Below are positions 1 through 8,682 of a DNA stretch of 32,000 nucleotides, piece by piece. Under the pieces are notes generated by a model, which was not told the DNA's origin, did not search any database, and worked only from the letters and a program-made list of their open reading frames with translations. How positions within the stretch are numbered: the stretch's first letter is position 1; each line of letters opens with the position of its first letter. The DNA comes from Isorropodon fossajaponicum endosymbiont JTNG4. GTDB taxonomy: Bacteria > Pseudomonadota > Gammaproteobacteria > PS1 > Pseudothioglobaceae. The DNA is taken from positions 1,170,001-1,202,000 of the forward strand of contig NZ_AP013043.1 of the NCBI RefSeq assembly GCF_016592615.1. Reading direction: 5' to 3'. The position numbers were made by a program, and so were the translations under genes.

Positions 1-14
1 TAAGGAGGTCAGTA

Positions 15-365
15 ATGACACAATATAAATCAAGAAAACAACGAGTGACTTTTACCGTTGAACATTCTGTTCAATACCCCCTTGAGGGGGAAACACTAGA
101 TTATGCCAAACTCATGGTGCATGAGAATTACACCAATAAAAAAATCATGATAATATCAGGAGCTTGCTCCTCAGCAGTTAGCAGATGGAGAAAACAATAC
201 CTAGCAGAGCTTGGTGGACAAACACCAGAGTCAGGCAAAGCGCTGACTTCTGAACAACAAACAATACAACTGCTTGAGAAACAACTTTGGCGCGCACAAA
301 GGGACAATGAAATCTTAAAAAAGGCAACAGCCTTGTTCGCTGTGGACAATCACCAAGTGATATGA
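15..365 (+). CDS. IS3-family transposase OrfA (HTH/leucine-zipper part), intact only in this copy
   Basis: 116-aa ORF preceded by a strong SD (AAGGAGGT). The C-terminal LEKQLWRAQRDNEILKKATALFA is typical of an IS3 OrfA. The internal A-run is A7 (138-144) here and A8 in the other two copies. Confidence 0.85.
   Translation: MTQYKSRKQRVTFTVEHSVQYPLEGETLDYAKLMVHENYTNKKIMIISGACSSAVSRWRKQYLAELGGQTPESGKALTSEQQTIQLLEKQLWRAQRDNEILKKATALFAVDNHQVI
317..323 (+). promoter_or_regulatory. A_AAA_AAG slippery heptamer, the candidate -1 programmed ribosomal frameshift site of the IS3 element. It is also present at 11464-11470 and 17266-17272.
   Basis: In the OrfA frame the codons read tt[A AAA AAG]. OrfA is in frame 0 and the OrfB ORF (491) in frame 2, which is exactly -1. 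This is the classical IS3/IS911/IS150 motif. Confidence 0.6.
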
Positions 366-490
366 TTATCAAGATAAACAAGGCTTGCCAACAATACAAT
401 ACTAAAGAATTATGAGCATTACTCAAACTTCCTCGCAGTAGTTATTACTATCAAGTCAAAGATAAGCGAGTAAACAACAACACCAACGCT

Positions 491-1195
491 ATGATTAAAT
501 TAATCAAACAAACTGCTATTGAAGTTGGATACACCTATGGCAAACGCAGAATGCGGGTAGTTTTGAATAACCAAGGTTATAACATTGGTATTTACCAAAC
601 TGCAACGCTAATGAAAAAAGCCAATGTAGTTGCCATACGCCCAAGAAAGCGTCATTATTACCCTAATACTAGATTGATGTTTAAAAAGGCAAAAAACCTA
701 TTAAATCGTGTGTTTGAGCAGCAATCAATTAATACGCATTGGGTTGGTGATATTACCTATATCAAAACCTATCAAGGTGGGAGTTATTTAGCCAGTGTGT
801 TGGATTTAGGCTCAAGACAAGTTGTTGGTTGGGCATTGTCAAAACAGCCTAATGCTCAGTTGGCAAAGGATGCGCTTAGTAATGCTGTGTCTAGACACCA
901 GCCCAATACAAATAAACACATGTTTCACTCTGATCAAGGGACTCAATACTCTTCTAAAGTTTTTATTGATTATTGCAACAAGAACAACATTACTCAAAGC
1001 ATGAGCAGGCGAGGTAATTGTTGGGATAATGCGGTCATGGAGCGTTTCTTTAGAAGTCTGAAGACTGAGAGATTAAATTATCAAAGTTTTGCAAATCATA
1101 GTGAAGTCGTGCAAAATGTAGAGGGTTATATCTACTTGTATAATTACAAAAGGATTCATTCAGCGATTGGGTATTTGGCTTGCTACACGCTTTAG
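491..1195 (+). pseudogene. IS3-family OrfB (DDE integrase-type transposase), 3'-truncated and running into flanking DNA
   Basis: DDE signature WVGDITY ... HSDQGTQY ... NAVMERFF. The last 6 codons (ACYTL*) differ from the intact copies (TPAQKMAELKKAA*). Confidence 0.8.
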
Positions 1196-1311
1196 TTTCT
1201 CGTCCATGGAACTTAATTGGCGGGCATAGTGTTTCTGCTGCAGTAGGTGTTGCTTGTTTTTATTTGATTGCTGATATCAATTGCCATCCCACCAAATTAA
1301 GCCATTATTAG
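1177..1311 (+). pseudogene. Possible C-terminal remnant (44 codons) of an unidentified gene, abutting the truncated IS
   Basis: An open frame starts exactly at the IS breakpoint: GLLHALVSRPWNLIGGHSVSAAVGVACFYLIADINCHPTKLSHY*. The stop lies inside the 1308-1346 hairpin. No family recognised. Confidence 0.25.
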
Positions 1312-1346
1312 CAAATAGCTCATTGTGTGAACTGGCTATTTGCTAA
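1308..1346. repeat. Perfect 12-bp inverted repeat with a 15-nt loop, lying between convergent ORFs. Possibly a bidirectional terminator.
   Basis: ttagcaaatagc (1308-1319) pairs with gctatttgctaa (1335-1346). No clear U-tract follows on either strand. Confidence 0.4.
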
Positions 1347-1356
1347 AACACGTCAA

Positions 1357-1600
1357 TTAATCGTTAGTCGAATAACAGGCTACGCCACCTTTTTGTGAAC
1401 CTGCTACAAATAAGCAACGCGTATTTGGATTATCAACGGGTGTCCATTCGTATACTCGAATATTCCAGTCTGGTATTTCGATTAAATATTCTGAAGTTGG
1501 TGACTGTTTTAACGCCCATTGTGGTTATTTTTTCCCACAATCCAGCATGAGCCGGGGTTAAAAGTAGTGTAATAATAAATGCGATTAACTTGGTTCTCAT
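1357..1600 (-). pseudogene. Small secreted hypothetical protein split over two frames. Its start overlaps the rhlE stop (ATGA).
   Basis: Frame A (1433-1600) encodes [24 protein letters not shown]..., a signal peptide. A +1 frame continues protein-like (SEYLIEIPDWNIRVYEWTPVDNPNTRCLFVAGSQKGGVACYSTND*) to 1357. It is too short for the ORF track. Confidence 0.3.
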
Positions 1601-2910
1601 GTTGTTTTCCTTGTAGATTTTTTATTGGGCTTACTACCCCAAAAACCTTTTTTATTGTTTGGTTTATTTTCTTGAGAATTGCTATTTTTGCCGTATCTAG
1701 GCTTATTACGGCTCTTATTTTTTTTTGGTTTTTTGGTTTTTGGCGGTAAGATTTTCTTGCCCGATTCTGGCAAATTGTGCTCTGGCACAAATCCTTCTAC
1801 CATTACACGGTCTAATTTATTTTGAATGAGGCGTTCAATATCAAATAATTGCTTAGCTTCATCAGTACTAACTAATGAAATTGCCTCGCCTTTTGAACCA
1901 GCACGACCCGTACGACCAATACGATGTACATAATCTTCTGGCACATGTGGCAGGTCAAAGTTAACGACATGTGGCAATTGGTCAATATCAATGCCCCTTG
2001 CAGCAATATCAGTTGCCACTAACACGTTCACTTTGGCATTTTTAAAATCTGCCAAGGCTCTTGTACGAGCACCTTGACTTTTGTTACCATGAATGGCAGT
2101 TGCACTAATTTTTTTCTTTTCTAATTGAGTGGCAATGCGATTTGCACCATGCTTAGTACGGCTAAATACCAGCACCTGATACCAGCTATGTTCTTGAATA
2201 AGGTGTGTGAGTAGTGCTTGTTTTTTGGATTTATCAACAGGATGAATCCACTGCTTTACCGCTTTAACGGTGGAATTTCTAGGGGTGACTGATATTTCTA
2301 CAGGGTTGTTAACTAAACCCTTTGCCAGTGTTCGAATGTCATTAGAAAAAGTGGCTGAAAACATGAGTGTTTGCTTTTCTGGTGGTAGGATCTTTAAAAT
2401 TCGCTTAATATCATGAATAAATCCCATATCTAACATTCTATCTGCCTCGTCAAATACAACAATCTCTAGCGTGTCAAATTTCACTGCATTTTGAGAATAT
2501 AAATCTAATAATCGCCCTGGTGTGGCGACTAAGATATCAACACCACCACGCAACTTTCGCATTTGTGGATTAATCTTTACGCCGCCAAACACCACACTTG
2601 ATTTAAGCGACAAATGCTTACCATAAGTCGCTACACTATCGCTGACTTGTGCGGCTAATTCACGCGTAGGGGTTAGGATTAGCGTACGAACCTGATTGGA
2701 TTTTGTAGGATTACCTTTTGATAATATTTCAAGAATAGGTAGCGTGAATCCTGCTGTTTTACCCGTGCCAGTTTGGGCAGCGGCCATAACATCTTTACCT
2801 TCTAAAATAGCTGGAATAGCTTGAGCTTGTATTGGTGATGGCTCGCTGTATCCTTGTTGCTCGATGGCTTTAAGAATTGAATCAGACAAGCCTAATTTTG
2901 AAAAACCCAT
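1597..2910 (-). CDS. rhlE: ATP-dependent DEAD-box RNA helicase, RhlE-like, with a basic C-terminal tail
   Basis: Motifs [21 protein letters not shown] and [10 protein letters not shown]. Lys/Arg-rich C-terminus. Confidence 0.9.
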   Translation of the reverse strand: MGFSKLGLSDSILKAIEQQGYSEPSPIQAQAIPAILEGKDVMAAAQTGTGKTAGFTLPILEILSKGNPTKSNQVRTLILTPTRELAAQVSDSVATYGKHLSLKSSVVFGGVKINPQMRKLRGGVDILVATPGRLLDLYSQNAVKFDTLEIVVFDEADRMLDMGFIHDIKRILKILPPEKQTLMFSATFSNDIRTLAKGLVNNPVEISVTPRNSTVKAVKQWIHPVDKSKKQALLTHLIQEHSWYQVLVFSRTKHGANRIATQLEKKKISATAIHGNKSQGARTRALADFKNAKVNVLVATDIAARGIDIDQLPHVVNFDLPHVPEDYVHRIGRTGRAGSKGEAISLVSTDEAKQLFDIERLIQNKLDRVMVEGFVPEHNLPESGKKILPPKTKKPKKNKSRNKPRYGKNSNSQENKPNNKKGFWGSKPNKKSTRKTT

Positions 2911-3168
2911 AATTAGAGAATATTTTAAATAAAGACAGGCATTTTACATTAGCATTCTATAATAGATTTATGAATAAATATCGGACTGTTAAAAGTCCGT
3001 CTGAGGTGCTGTGTATCTCCTAGCCCCTGTGTATGGATTTGCAGATACAATCAAGCTAAAACTATTGTATCGGTTGTAAACGCCATAGTGATGAAATCAC
3101 GCATTGGGTTAATTATTCAGCGGCGATACAACGAGCCATTATGAAGGATCTCAAAGAACGAAATATCG

Positions 3169-3360
3169 ATGAATGAATGTCAACAACAAAGCGTCCAATG
3201 CCCTTATTGTGGCGAGTTAATTGAACTGAGTATTGATTGTTCGGCGCCTAATCAAAGCTATATAGAAGATTGTTCAGTTTGCTGTCATCCAATTAATATT
3301 ACGGTTAATACAGACTTTGATCAACAAGTGCATTTACAAGTGACCCATGAAAATGAATAA
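3169..3360 (+). CDS. CPXCG-motif cysteine-rich (zinc-ribbon) small protein
   Basis: 63 aa containing CPYCG ... CSVCC, two Cys pairs typical of the CPXCG family. Confidence 0.7.
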   Translation: MNECQQQSVQCPYCGELIELSIDCSAPNQSYIEDCSVCCHPINITVNTDFDQQVHLQVTHENE

Positions 3361-3373
3361 ACTTTAAAAGTTT

Positions 3374-3604
3374 TTAGGCGTCTTCTTCTGGCGTGCGTGT
3401 TTTGATACTGAGTGCATGAAGTGTACCATTAGTAATTTCTTCATTCATAACAGCAAGTACCATTTTTTGCCTAGCCAATAGTGACATACCCTCAAAAATT
3501 GGCGACACTACTTTTGTTGAACAGCTACAACCATCACCCTCCATGGTAACCGTTGAATTTTCTATACCTGCTTGAATTTTTGCTTGAACTTCTTCTAATG
3601 TCAT
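3374..3604 (-). CDS. BolA/IbaG family protein
   Basis: 76 aa. The pattern GDGC..S..VVS..FEGMS.L.RQ..V......I..G.LHALSIKT.TP is the BolA fold signature. Confidence 0.8.
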   Translation of the reverse strand: MTLEEVQAKIQAGIENSTVTMEGDGCSCSTKVVSPIFEGMSLLARQKMVLAVMNEEITNGTLHALSIKTRTPEEDA

Positions 3605-3607
3605 TAC

Positions 3608-4888
3608 CTATGCTCCAAACGCACCTTTAAATGCAAAGAAAAATAAAATAGACATGATTGCACCTGCGGGTAAGGTAATTAACCAAGATAAGAAAATCGT
3701 ATTAATAACCCGCATGTTAAGTGCCGCCACACCTCTAGCAATACCAACACCCAATACTGCCCCTACCAAAACCTGCGTGGTGGACACAGGAATGCCTGTT
3801 GATGAGGCCAAAACTACCGTTGTTGCAGCCGCCAATTCAGCAGCAAAGCCACGAGAAGGGGTAAGTTCTGTAATGCCCTTACCAATGGTTTTCATCACTT
3901 TAAATCCATAAGTCACCAAACCAAATACAATACCACCGCCACCAACCAGCAAAACCCACGAAGGTGCAACACTTTTTGAGGCAATATCGCCACCGGCTTC
4001 CACAATACTATAAACCGCAGCTAGTGGACCAATGGCATTGGCAACATCGTTAGAGCCATGTGCAAATGCCATGGCAGATGCGGTAATAACCATCAGCACA
4101 GCAAAAAGCTTTTCCATATTGGCATAATGAAAATCTTTGTCGTCCTCAGGGTCTATCTTGATGCGTCTCATAATAAACGCAGCAATCACAGCTGCTAAAA
4201 TACCAACTGCAACTGCAATCATCACACTTAAAGAGGCATCTTTAGAGATATATTTTAAAGACTCGACATGTTTAAGGCCTTTAAACAGCGTGACCAATGC
4301 AATAATAAAACCAACAAAGAATACATAAAATGGCAAATATTTTTTAGCATTGGCTAACGGGTCTTTGGTATCAATCACCAAGGCCTGTAAACTTTTAAAG
4401 ATAATAACAGCGAGCGTACCAGCGAGCACTGGAGATGCCACCCAACTCATCACGATTTTAATCACTTTATCCCAAGCAACTGCATCAGCACCCACACCTA
4501 CCGCGCCAAAACCAACAATAGCACCAACAATTGAATGCGTTGTAGAAACTGGCCAGCCTAGAGATGAGGCAATCAATAACCATGTGCCTGCCGCTAAAAG
4601 CGAAGCAAGCATGCCATATACTAATAAATGTGGGCTATCGGTGAATAATGACGCATCCAAAATGCCTTTACGAATAGTGGCGGTTACTTCTCCACCCGCA
4701 AGAATTACACCTGCAAATTCAAAAATAATTGCAATAACAACTGCCTGCCTAAAGGTAATAGCACCAGAGCCCACCGAAGTGCCCATAGCATTGGCAACAT
4801 CATTAGCACCAATACCCCAGGCCATAAACAACCCAAACCCAATTGCCAACATAATAAAAATATCAGCATAATTTGCAATAATATCCAT
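3608..4888 (-). CDS. pit: Inorganic phosphate transporter, PiT family
   Basis: GANDVANAMGTSVGS near the N-terminus and GSNDVANAIGP in the second half (duplicated PiT signature). Polytopic membrane protein. Confidence 0.9.
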   Translation of the reverse strand: MDIIANYADIFIMLAIGFGLFMAWGIGANDVANAMGTSVGSGAITFRQAVVIAIIFEFAGVILAGGEVTATIRKGILDASLFTDSPHLLVYGMLASLLAAGTWLLIASSLGWPVSTTHSIVGAIVGFGAVGVGADAVAWDKVIKIVMSWVASPVLAGTLAVIIFKSLQALVIDTKDPLANAKKYLPFYVFFVGFIIALVTLFKGLKHVESLKYISKDASLSVMIAVAVGILAAVIAAFIMRRIKIDPEDDKDFHYANMEKLFAVLMVITASAMAFAHGSNDVANAIGPLAAVYSIVEAGGDIASKSVAPSWVLLVGGGGIVFGLVTYGFKVMKTIGKGITELTPSRGFAAELAAATTVVLASSTGIPVSTTQVLVGAVLGVGIARGVAALNMRVINTIFLSWLITLPAGAIMSILFFFAFKGAFGA

Positions 4889-4898
4889 GACAGTCTCC

Positions 4899-5576
4899 TT
4901 ATCTTGCTAATAGCACTTCTAGTCTTGAGCCAACTTTTTGCGCAGCATCTGCAAGCTCACCCAGCCATTCCACAGCGCGATAATAAAACATAACATCAAC
5001 AGGTGGCAAACTAGACTCTAATGGAAATAATTCAGCACGAATTTCGTGCTGAATTTTGTCAGATTTGCTTTCAAGCTCATTCACATCTTTAATAATAGAG
5101 CCAACAACTTTACGCTCACGACTACCAAATGCAGTTTCTAACAACTCATCCAACTCATTAACGGCTTTAAGCGCCATGGAAGATGTTTTGATACAAACCT
5201 TAGTCAGTTCTATAACATCATCAAAAATCTCATCTGGTAGAGTCATCTTACGATTAATCATCAAACCTGAAACATCCTTAGTGATGTTGGCAATAGAGTC
5301 TTGGATTAGTAATAAATCAAGCAAGTCTCTACGTGAAAAAGGCATCATAAATGTTGAAGGTAAGCTCAAACGCAACTTCTTTTTAAGAATATCTGCTTCG
5401 CCTTCTTTGGTGCCAATATCGCTTCTAATTTTTTCAGCTTGTGCCCAATCTTGGGCATGGATGGCAACCATAAAGCCGTTGAGTTCTGAAATACATGAGT
5501 GTACTTGTGTCATGTGTTTTTGTAGTGGGCTAATGGGTGATTTACCAAATAGACCGTCAATTATATTTTTAGCCAT
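4899..5576 (-). CDS. DUF47/TIGR00153 PhoU-like protein that usually partners PiT transporters
   Basis: 225-aa helical protein immediately upstream of pit. This pairing is conserved. Confidence 0.8.
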   Translation of the reverse strand: MAKNIIDGLFGKSPISPLQKHMTQVHSCISELNGFMVAIHAQDWAQAEKIRSDIGTKEGEADILKKKLRLSLPSTFMMPFSRRDLLDLLLIQDSIANITKDVSGLMINRKMTLPDEIFDDVIELTKVCIKTSSMALKAVNELDELLETAFGSRERKVVGSIIKDVNELESKSDKIQHEIRAELFPLESSLPPVDVMFYYRAVEWLGELADAAQKVGSRLEVLLAR

Positions 5577-5775
5577 TTTTTTTCCTCTTTTTATTTACCT
5601 TATTTTTCATATTTTTTTTAAGTTCTAAGTTTGTCTGCTCTTCGTCAAATAAAATGCGCTGACCCTCTCCTTCTAAATCATCAAACTGACCATTCTTAAC
5701 GCTCATCATCAAAAGAACAACAAGAACAACGCCAACAAAAATCATACTGGGAATTAGCCAATAAATTACATCCAT
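5569..5775 (-). CDS. ccoS: cbb3-type cytochrome oxidase assembly protein CcoS/FixS
   Basis: MDVIYWLIPSMIFVGVVLVVLLMMSVKNGQFDDLEGEGQRILFDEE matches the CcoS pattern. The start is placed at the internal Met, which is preceded by AGGAAG. The ORF track extends 8 codons further, to 5799. Confidence 0.75.
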   Translation of the reverse strand: MDVIYWLIPSMIFVGVVLVVLLMMSVKNGQFDDLEGEGQRILFDEEQTNLELKKNMKNKVNKKRKKNG

Positions 5776-6027
5776 TTTTCTTCCTTTTTTTACTAACAAA
5801 CAATATTAATGCCTTTTATTTTTTCATTATTAGCAAGAATTTTCTCACAATTAATAAAAAACACATCGAATCTTACTCATTTAAATTACACAAAATGTCC
5901 ATCAGTTCATTACAAAACCAACTCAAATACATTCAAACAACAAATATAAAAGTGGCAAAAGCTAAAAATGCCAATGTTTCTGCTATAATTTTAAACATTA
6001 ATATATGAACGAATTTTAAACTAGAGT

Positions 6028-6978
6028 ATGAACTTAGACTATCTTAATTTTGAACAACCCATTGCCGAGCTAGAGGAAAAAATACAAGCGCTGGATAATA
6101 TTAAAGACAAAGCAGACATTGTTAATGAAATGGAGGCGCTTAAAGTCAAGAGCAGTGCTTTAACCAAAAAAATATTCTCCTCTTTAAACGACTGGCAAAT
6201 ATCTCAACTAGCACGCCACCCAAAACGCCTTTATACACTTGATTATATTGCTCATGTGTTTGATGAGTTTACTGAATTGCACGGTGATCGCACCTATGGC
6301 GATGACCACGCTATTATTGGTGGCATTGCAACATTAGATGCCCAGCCAGTAATGTTTATTGGTCAGCAAAAAGGGCGAACCATTCAAGAAAAACTCAAAT
6401 ACAATTTTGGCATGCCTAGGCCTGAAGGTTATCGCAAAGCCTTACGCTTAATGAAGCTGGCCGAAAAATTCTCAATGCCTGTTGTTACTTTTATTGACAC
6501 ACCTGGTGCTTACCCTGGTATTGGCGCTGAAGAGCGAGGTCAAAGTGAGGCTATTGCTAGAAACCTATTTGAAATGTCAACCCTTGCAACGCCCATTATC
6601 TCGGTAGTTATTGGTGAAGGCGGCTCTGGTGGTGCGCTAGCAATTGGTGTGGCAGATACAATCATGATGTTTAAATACAGTATTTATTCCGTGATTTCCC
6701 CAGAAGGTTGTGCCTCCATTTTATATAAAGATGCCACCAAGGCCAACCTTGCAGCAGAATCCTTAAAGCTAACCTCAACTCATCTTAAAGAAGAGGGGCT
6801 GATTGACATCATTATTGACGAACCATTAGGTGGCATCCACCGCGACCCTTTGCAAGCAAAAGTATTACTAAAAGAGGCGTTAACACAACAACTCAATAAA
6901 ATTAAACAACTACCAATAGAGCAGTTGTTACAAAACAGACAAGAAAAACTCTTAAGTTTTGGAAGATTTAAAGACTAA
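6028..6978 (+). CDS. accA: Acetyl-CoA carboxylase carboxyltransferase subunit alpha
   Basis: 316 aa with the full-length AccA pattern ([24 protein letters not shown]). Confidence 0.95.
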   Translation: MNLDYLNFEQPIAELEEKIQALDNIKDKADIVNEMEALKVKSSALTKKIFSSLNDWQISQLARHPKRLYTLDYIAHVFDEFTELHGDRTYGDDHAIIGGIATLDAQPVMFIGQQKGRTIQEKLKYNFGMPRPEGYRKALRLMKLAEKFSMPVVTFIDTPGAYPGIGAEERGQSEAIARNLFEMSTLATPIISVVIGEGGSGGALAIGVADTIMMFKYSIYSVISPEGCASILYKDATKANLAAESLKLTSTHLKEEGLIDIIIDEPLGGIHRDPLQAKVLLKEALTQQLNKIKQLPIEQLLQNRQEKLLSFGRFKD

Positions 6979-8131
6979 AGATTTATCTCTTAAGGGTAAG
7001 AAAATTATCCTTGGTCTTAGTGGTGGTATTGATTCTGTCGTACTGTTGCATTATTTAAACACGCATTATCCCAATAAAATAAGCGTCATTCATTGCAACC
7101 ATCATTTATCTCAATATTGTAACGAATGGGCTAAGTTTTGCGAAAAACTATGCTCAAGCCTTAATATTACCTATTTAAGTATTGATTTATTTTTTGATAA
7201 TACATCTAATATCGAAGAAAATGCACGCAAAAAACGCTACCATTCTCTATCTAAGTTATTAAAGGAAAATGAGATACTTTGCACAGCGCACCACCAGAAC
7301 GACCAAGCAGAAACCCTACTTCTACAACTGTTCCGTGGTAGTGGCGTCAAAGGATTAGCCGCCATGCCTAAAGAAAAGCCTTTAGGCAAAGGCATTCACT
7401 ATCGCCCTTTTTTAACAATTAACAAGTCTCAAATTATTGATTATGCTAAAAATAACAAATTAAACTGGATAGAGGACGATAGCAACAAAAACACTGATTT
7501 TAAGCGTAATTTCTTACGTTTAGAAGTTCTACCTACACTATCTGGCGTGTATAAAAATTTAACAAGAACACTTGCCAGAAGCGCAAAACACCAATCAGAA
7601 GCCTTAAAACTTATACACGTATTGGCTGATATTGATATCAAGACACATCACATTATCAATAATGCCAATCGTATTAATACAAGCAAACTTATCAAACTTG
7701 AAACCCACAGAATTAAAAACATTCTTCGCCATCATCTACATTTGCTTAACTTTTTAACACCTAGCGACAAAATAATGCATCAAATTATTGAACTGCTACA
7801 CACAAAAGAAGATGCCAACCCTTTGGTATGTTGGGATAAATATGAGATAAGACGTTATCAAAATGAATTATATTTCATTAATAAAGCCCTACCAAGAAAA
7901 AATGCGTCTTGTCCATTTTATGAAGAACTCAAGGATTTTCAAAATTTTTCAATTCGTTATCGACAAGAAGGCCAGCGTCTTAAATTACTAGGAAAAACAC
8001 ACACTCAATCACTAAAAAAAGTCTTACAAGAAGCCAATATCCCGCCCTGGGAGCGGGGTCAGTTAAAAATGTATTATATTGATAATAAATTATGCGCCAT
8101 TGAACGTATCGGCAAAATATCTAATACTTAG
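6959..8131 (+). CDS. tilS: tRNA(Ile)-lysidine synthase
   Basis: PP-loop SGGIDS near the N-terminus. accA-tilS adjacency is conserved. Overlaps the accA end by 20 nt, so the start is uncertain. Confidence 0.9.
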   Translation: MEDLKTKDLSLKGKKIILGLSGGIDSVVLLHYLNTHYPNKISVIHCNHHLSQYCNEWAKFCEKLCSSLNITYLSIDLFFDNTSNIEENARKKRYHSLSKLLKENEILCTAHHQNDQAETLLLQLFRGSGVKGLAAMPKEKPLGKGIHYRPFLTINKSQIIDYAKNNKLNWIEDDSNKNTDFKRNFLRLEVLPTLSGVYKNLTRTLARSAKHQSEALKLIHVLADIDIKTHHIINNANRINTSKLIKLETHRIKNILRHHLHLLNFLTPSDKIMHQIIELLHTKEDANPLVCWDKYEIRRYQNELYFINKALPRKNASCPFYEELKDFQNFSIRYRQEGQRLKLLGKTHTQSLKKVLQEANIPPWERGQLKMYYIDNKLCAIERIGKISNT

Positions 8132-8180
8132 AGGGATAAATCTTGCTTATTCCAAATGGATGGCAGTATTTCTTGCTGGC

Positions 8181-8618
8181 TTAGTAAGGGTTATTAATCC
8201 CAATTTTTTCTGAGATTTTTATCTCTAGGCTTTCCATTTGCTGCGCATCTTTCGTGTCAATATGGTCATAGCCCAATAAATGCAACGTACCGTGAATTGC
8301 CATATGGGTTAAGTGATGATTAAAAGATTTATGTTGTTCAATAGACTCTTTTAAGACGACCTGTGTACAAATCACCACATCCCCTAAAATCGTCTCATCA
8401 ATTTCAATCGGCAAATCACTTGGGAATGATAATACATTAGTAAGTTTATCCTGATGACGATAAACTTTATTAAGGTTTTGTATTTCCGCTTCATTGACTA
8501 AGCGAATCAATAACTCGCTTTCACCCTTGCCCAGCTCTTTAATCACTGTTTGCAAAGTGCTGCTTAAATCATGCTCATTAACAGATGAATCATGAATACT
8601 ATTTTGAATAACCACCAT
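8181..8618 (-). CDS. ybeY: rRNA maturation endoribonuclease YbeY
   Basis: HGTLHLLGYDH zinc-binding motif. 145 aa. Confidence 0.9.
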   Translation of the reverse strand: MVVIQNSIHDSSVNEHDLSSTLQTVIKELGKGESELLIRLVNEAEIQNLNKVYRHQDKLTNVLSFPSDLPIEIDETILGDVVICTQVVLKESIEQHKSFNHHLTHMAIHGTLHLLGYDHIDTKDAQQMESLEIKISEKIGINNPY

Positions 8619-8682
8619 ACTTAATCTCAGGCTTAATGCTATTTATTGATAAAATAGCTTATTTTATCAAAAGTCTATTATC

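Larger units (their letters stand above)
1..1176 (+). mobile_element. IS3-family insertion sequence, copy 1. About 50 bp of the left end lies off-window and about 72 bp of the right end, including the right inverted repeat, is deleted.
   Basis: Near-identical to the 1300-bp copies at 11096-12395 and 16898-18197, from the taaggaggtcag RBS onward. Identity stops after ...gcgattgggtattt at 1176. The other copies continue with aacacctgctc... to the right IR. Confidence 0.85.

Noticed and set aside
413-415. The idea that the in-frame TGA in the IS reflects genetic code 4 (TGA = Trp)
   Set aside because: Housekeeping ORFs in the window have normal lengths under code 11 (accA 316 aa, glmU 452, hemE 347, ispH 308). 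rhlE appears to end at a TGA. There is no sign of TGA-interrupted core genes.
128-426. Antisense ORFs inside the IS OrfA region (128-349 and 178-426, repeated at 11242-11573 and 17044-17375)
   Set aside because: They lie opposite a well-supported OrfA. They have low-complexity Cys/Ser-rich composition and no RBS. They recur only because the IS is repeated.
1509-1790. 93-aa minus-strand ORF overlapping the rhlE 3' end
   Set aside because: It is an alternative frame of the Lys-rich helicase tail. Its composition is a by-product of the A/T-rich repeats.
2990-3060. 4.5S/SRP RNA, suggested by the ggtgctgt string
   Set aside because: The conserved domain IV sequence (CAGGUC...GGAAGCAGCC) is absent.
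3654-4871. Plus-strand ORFs 3654-3911, 4137-4328 and 4350-4871 opposite the PiT transporter
   Set aside because: These are typical mirror-frame ORFs of a membrane-protein gene (Ala/Thr/Pro-rich). The PiT reading frame carries the diagnostic GANDVANA motifs.
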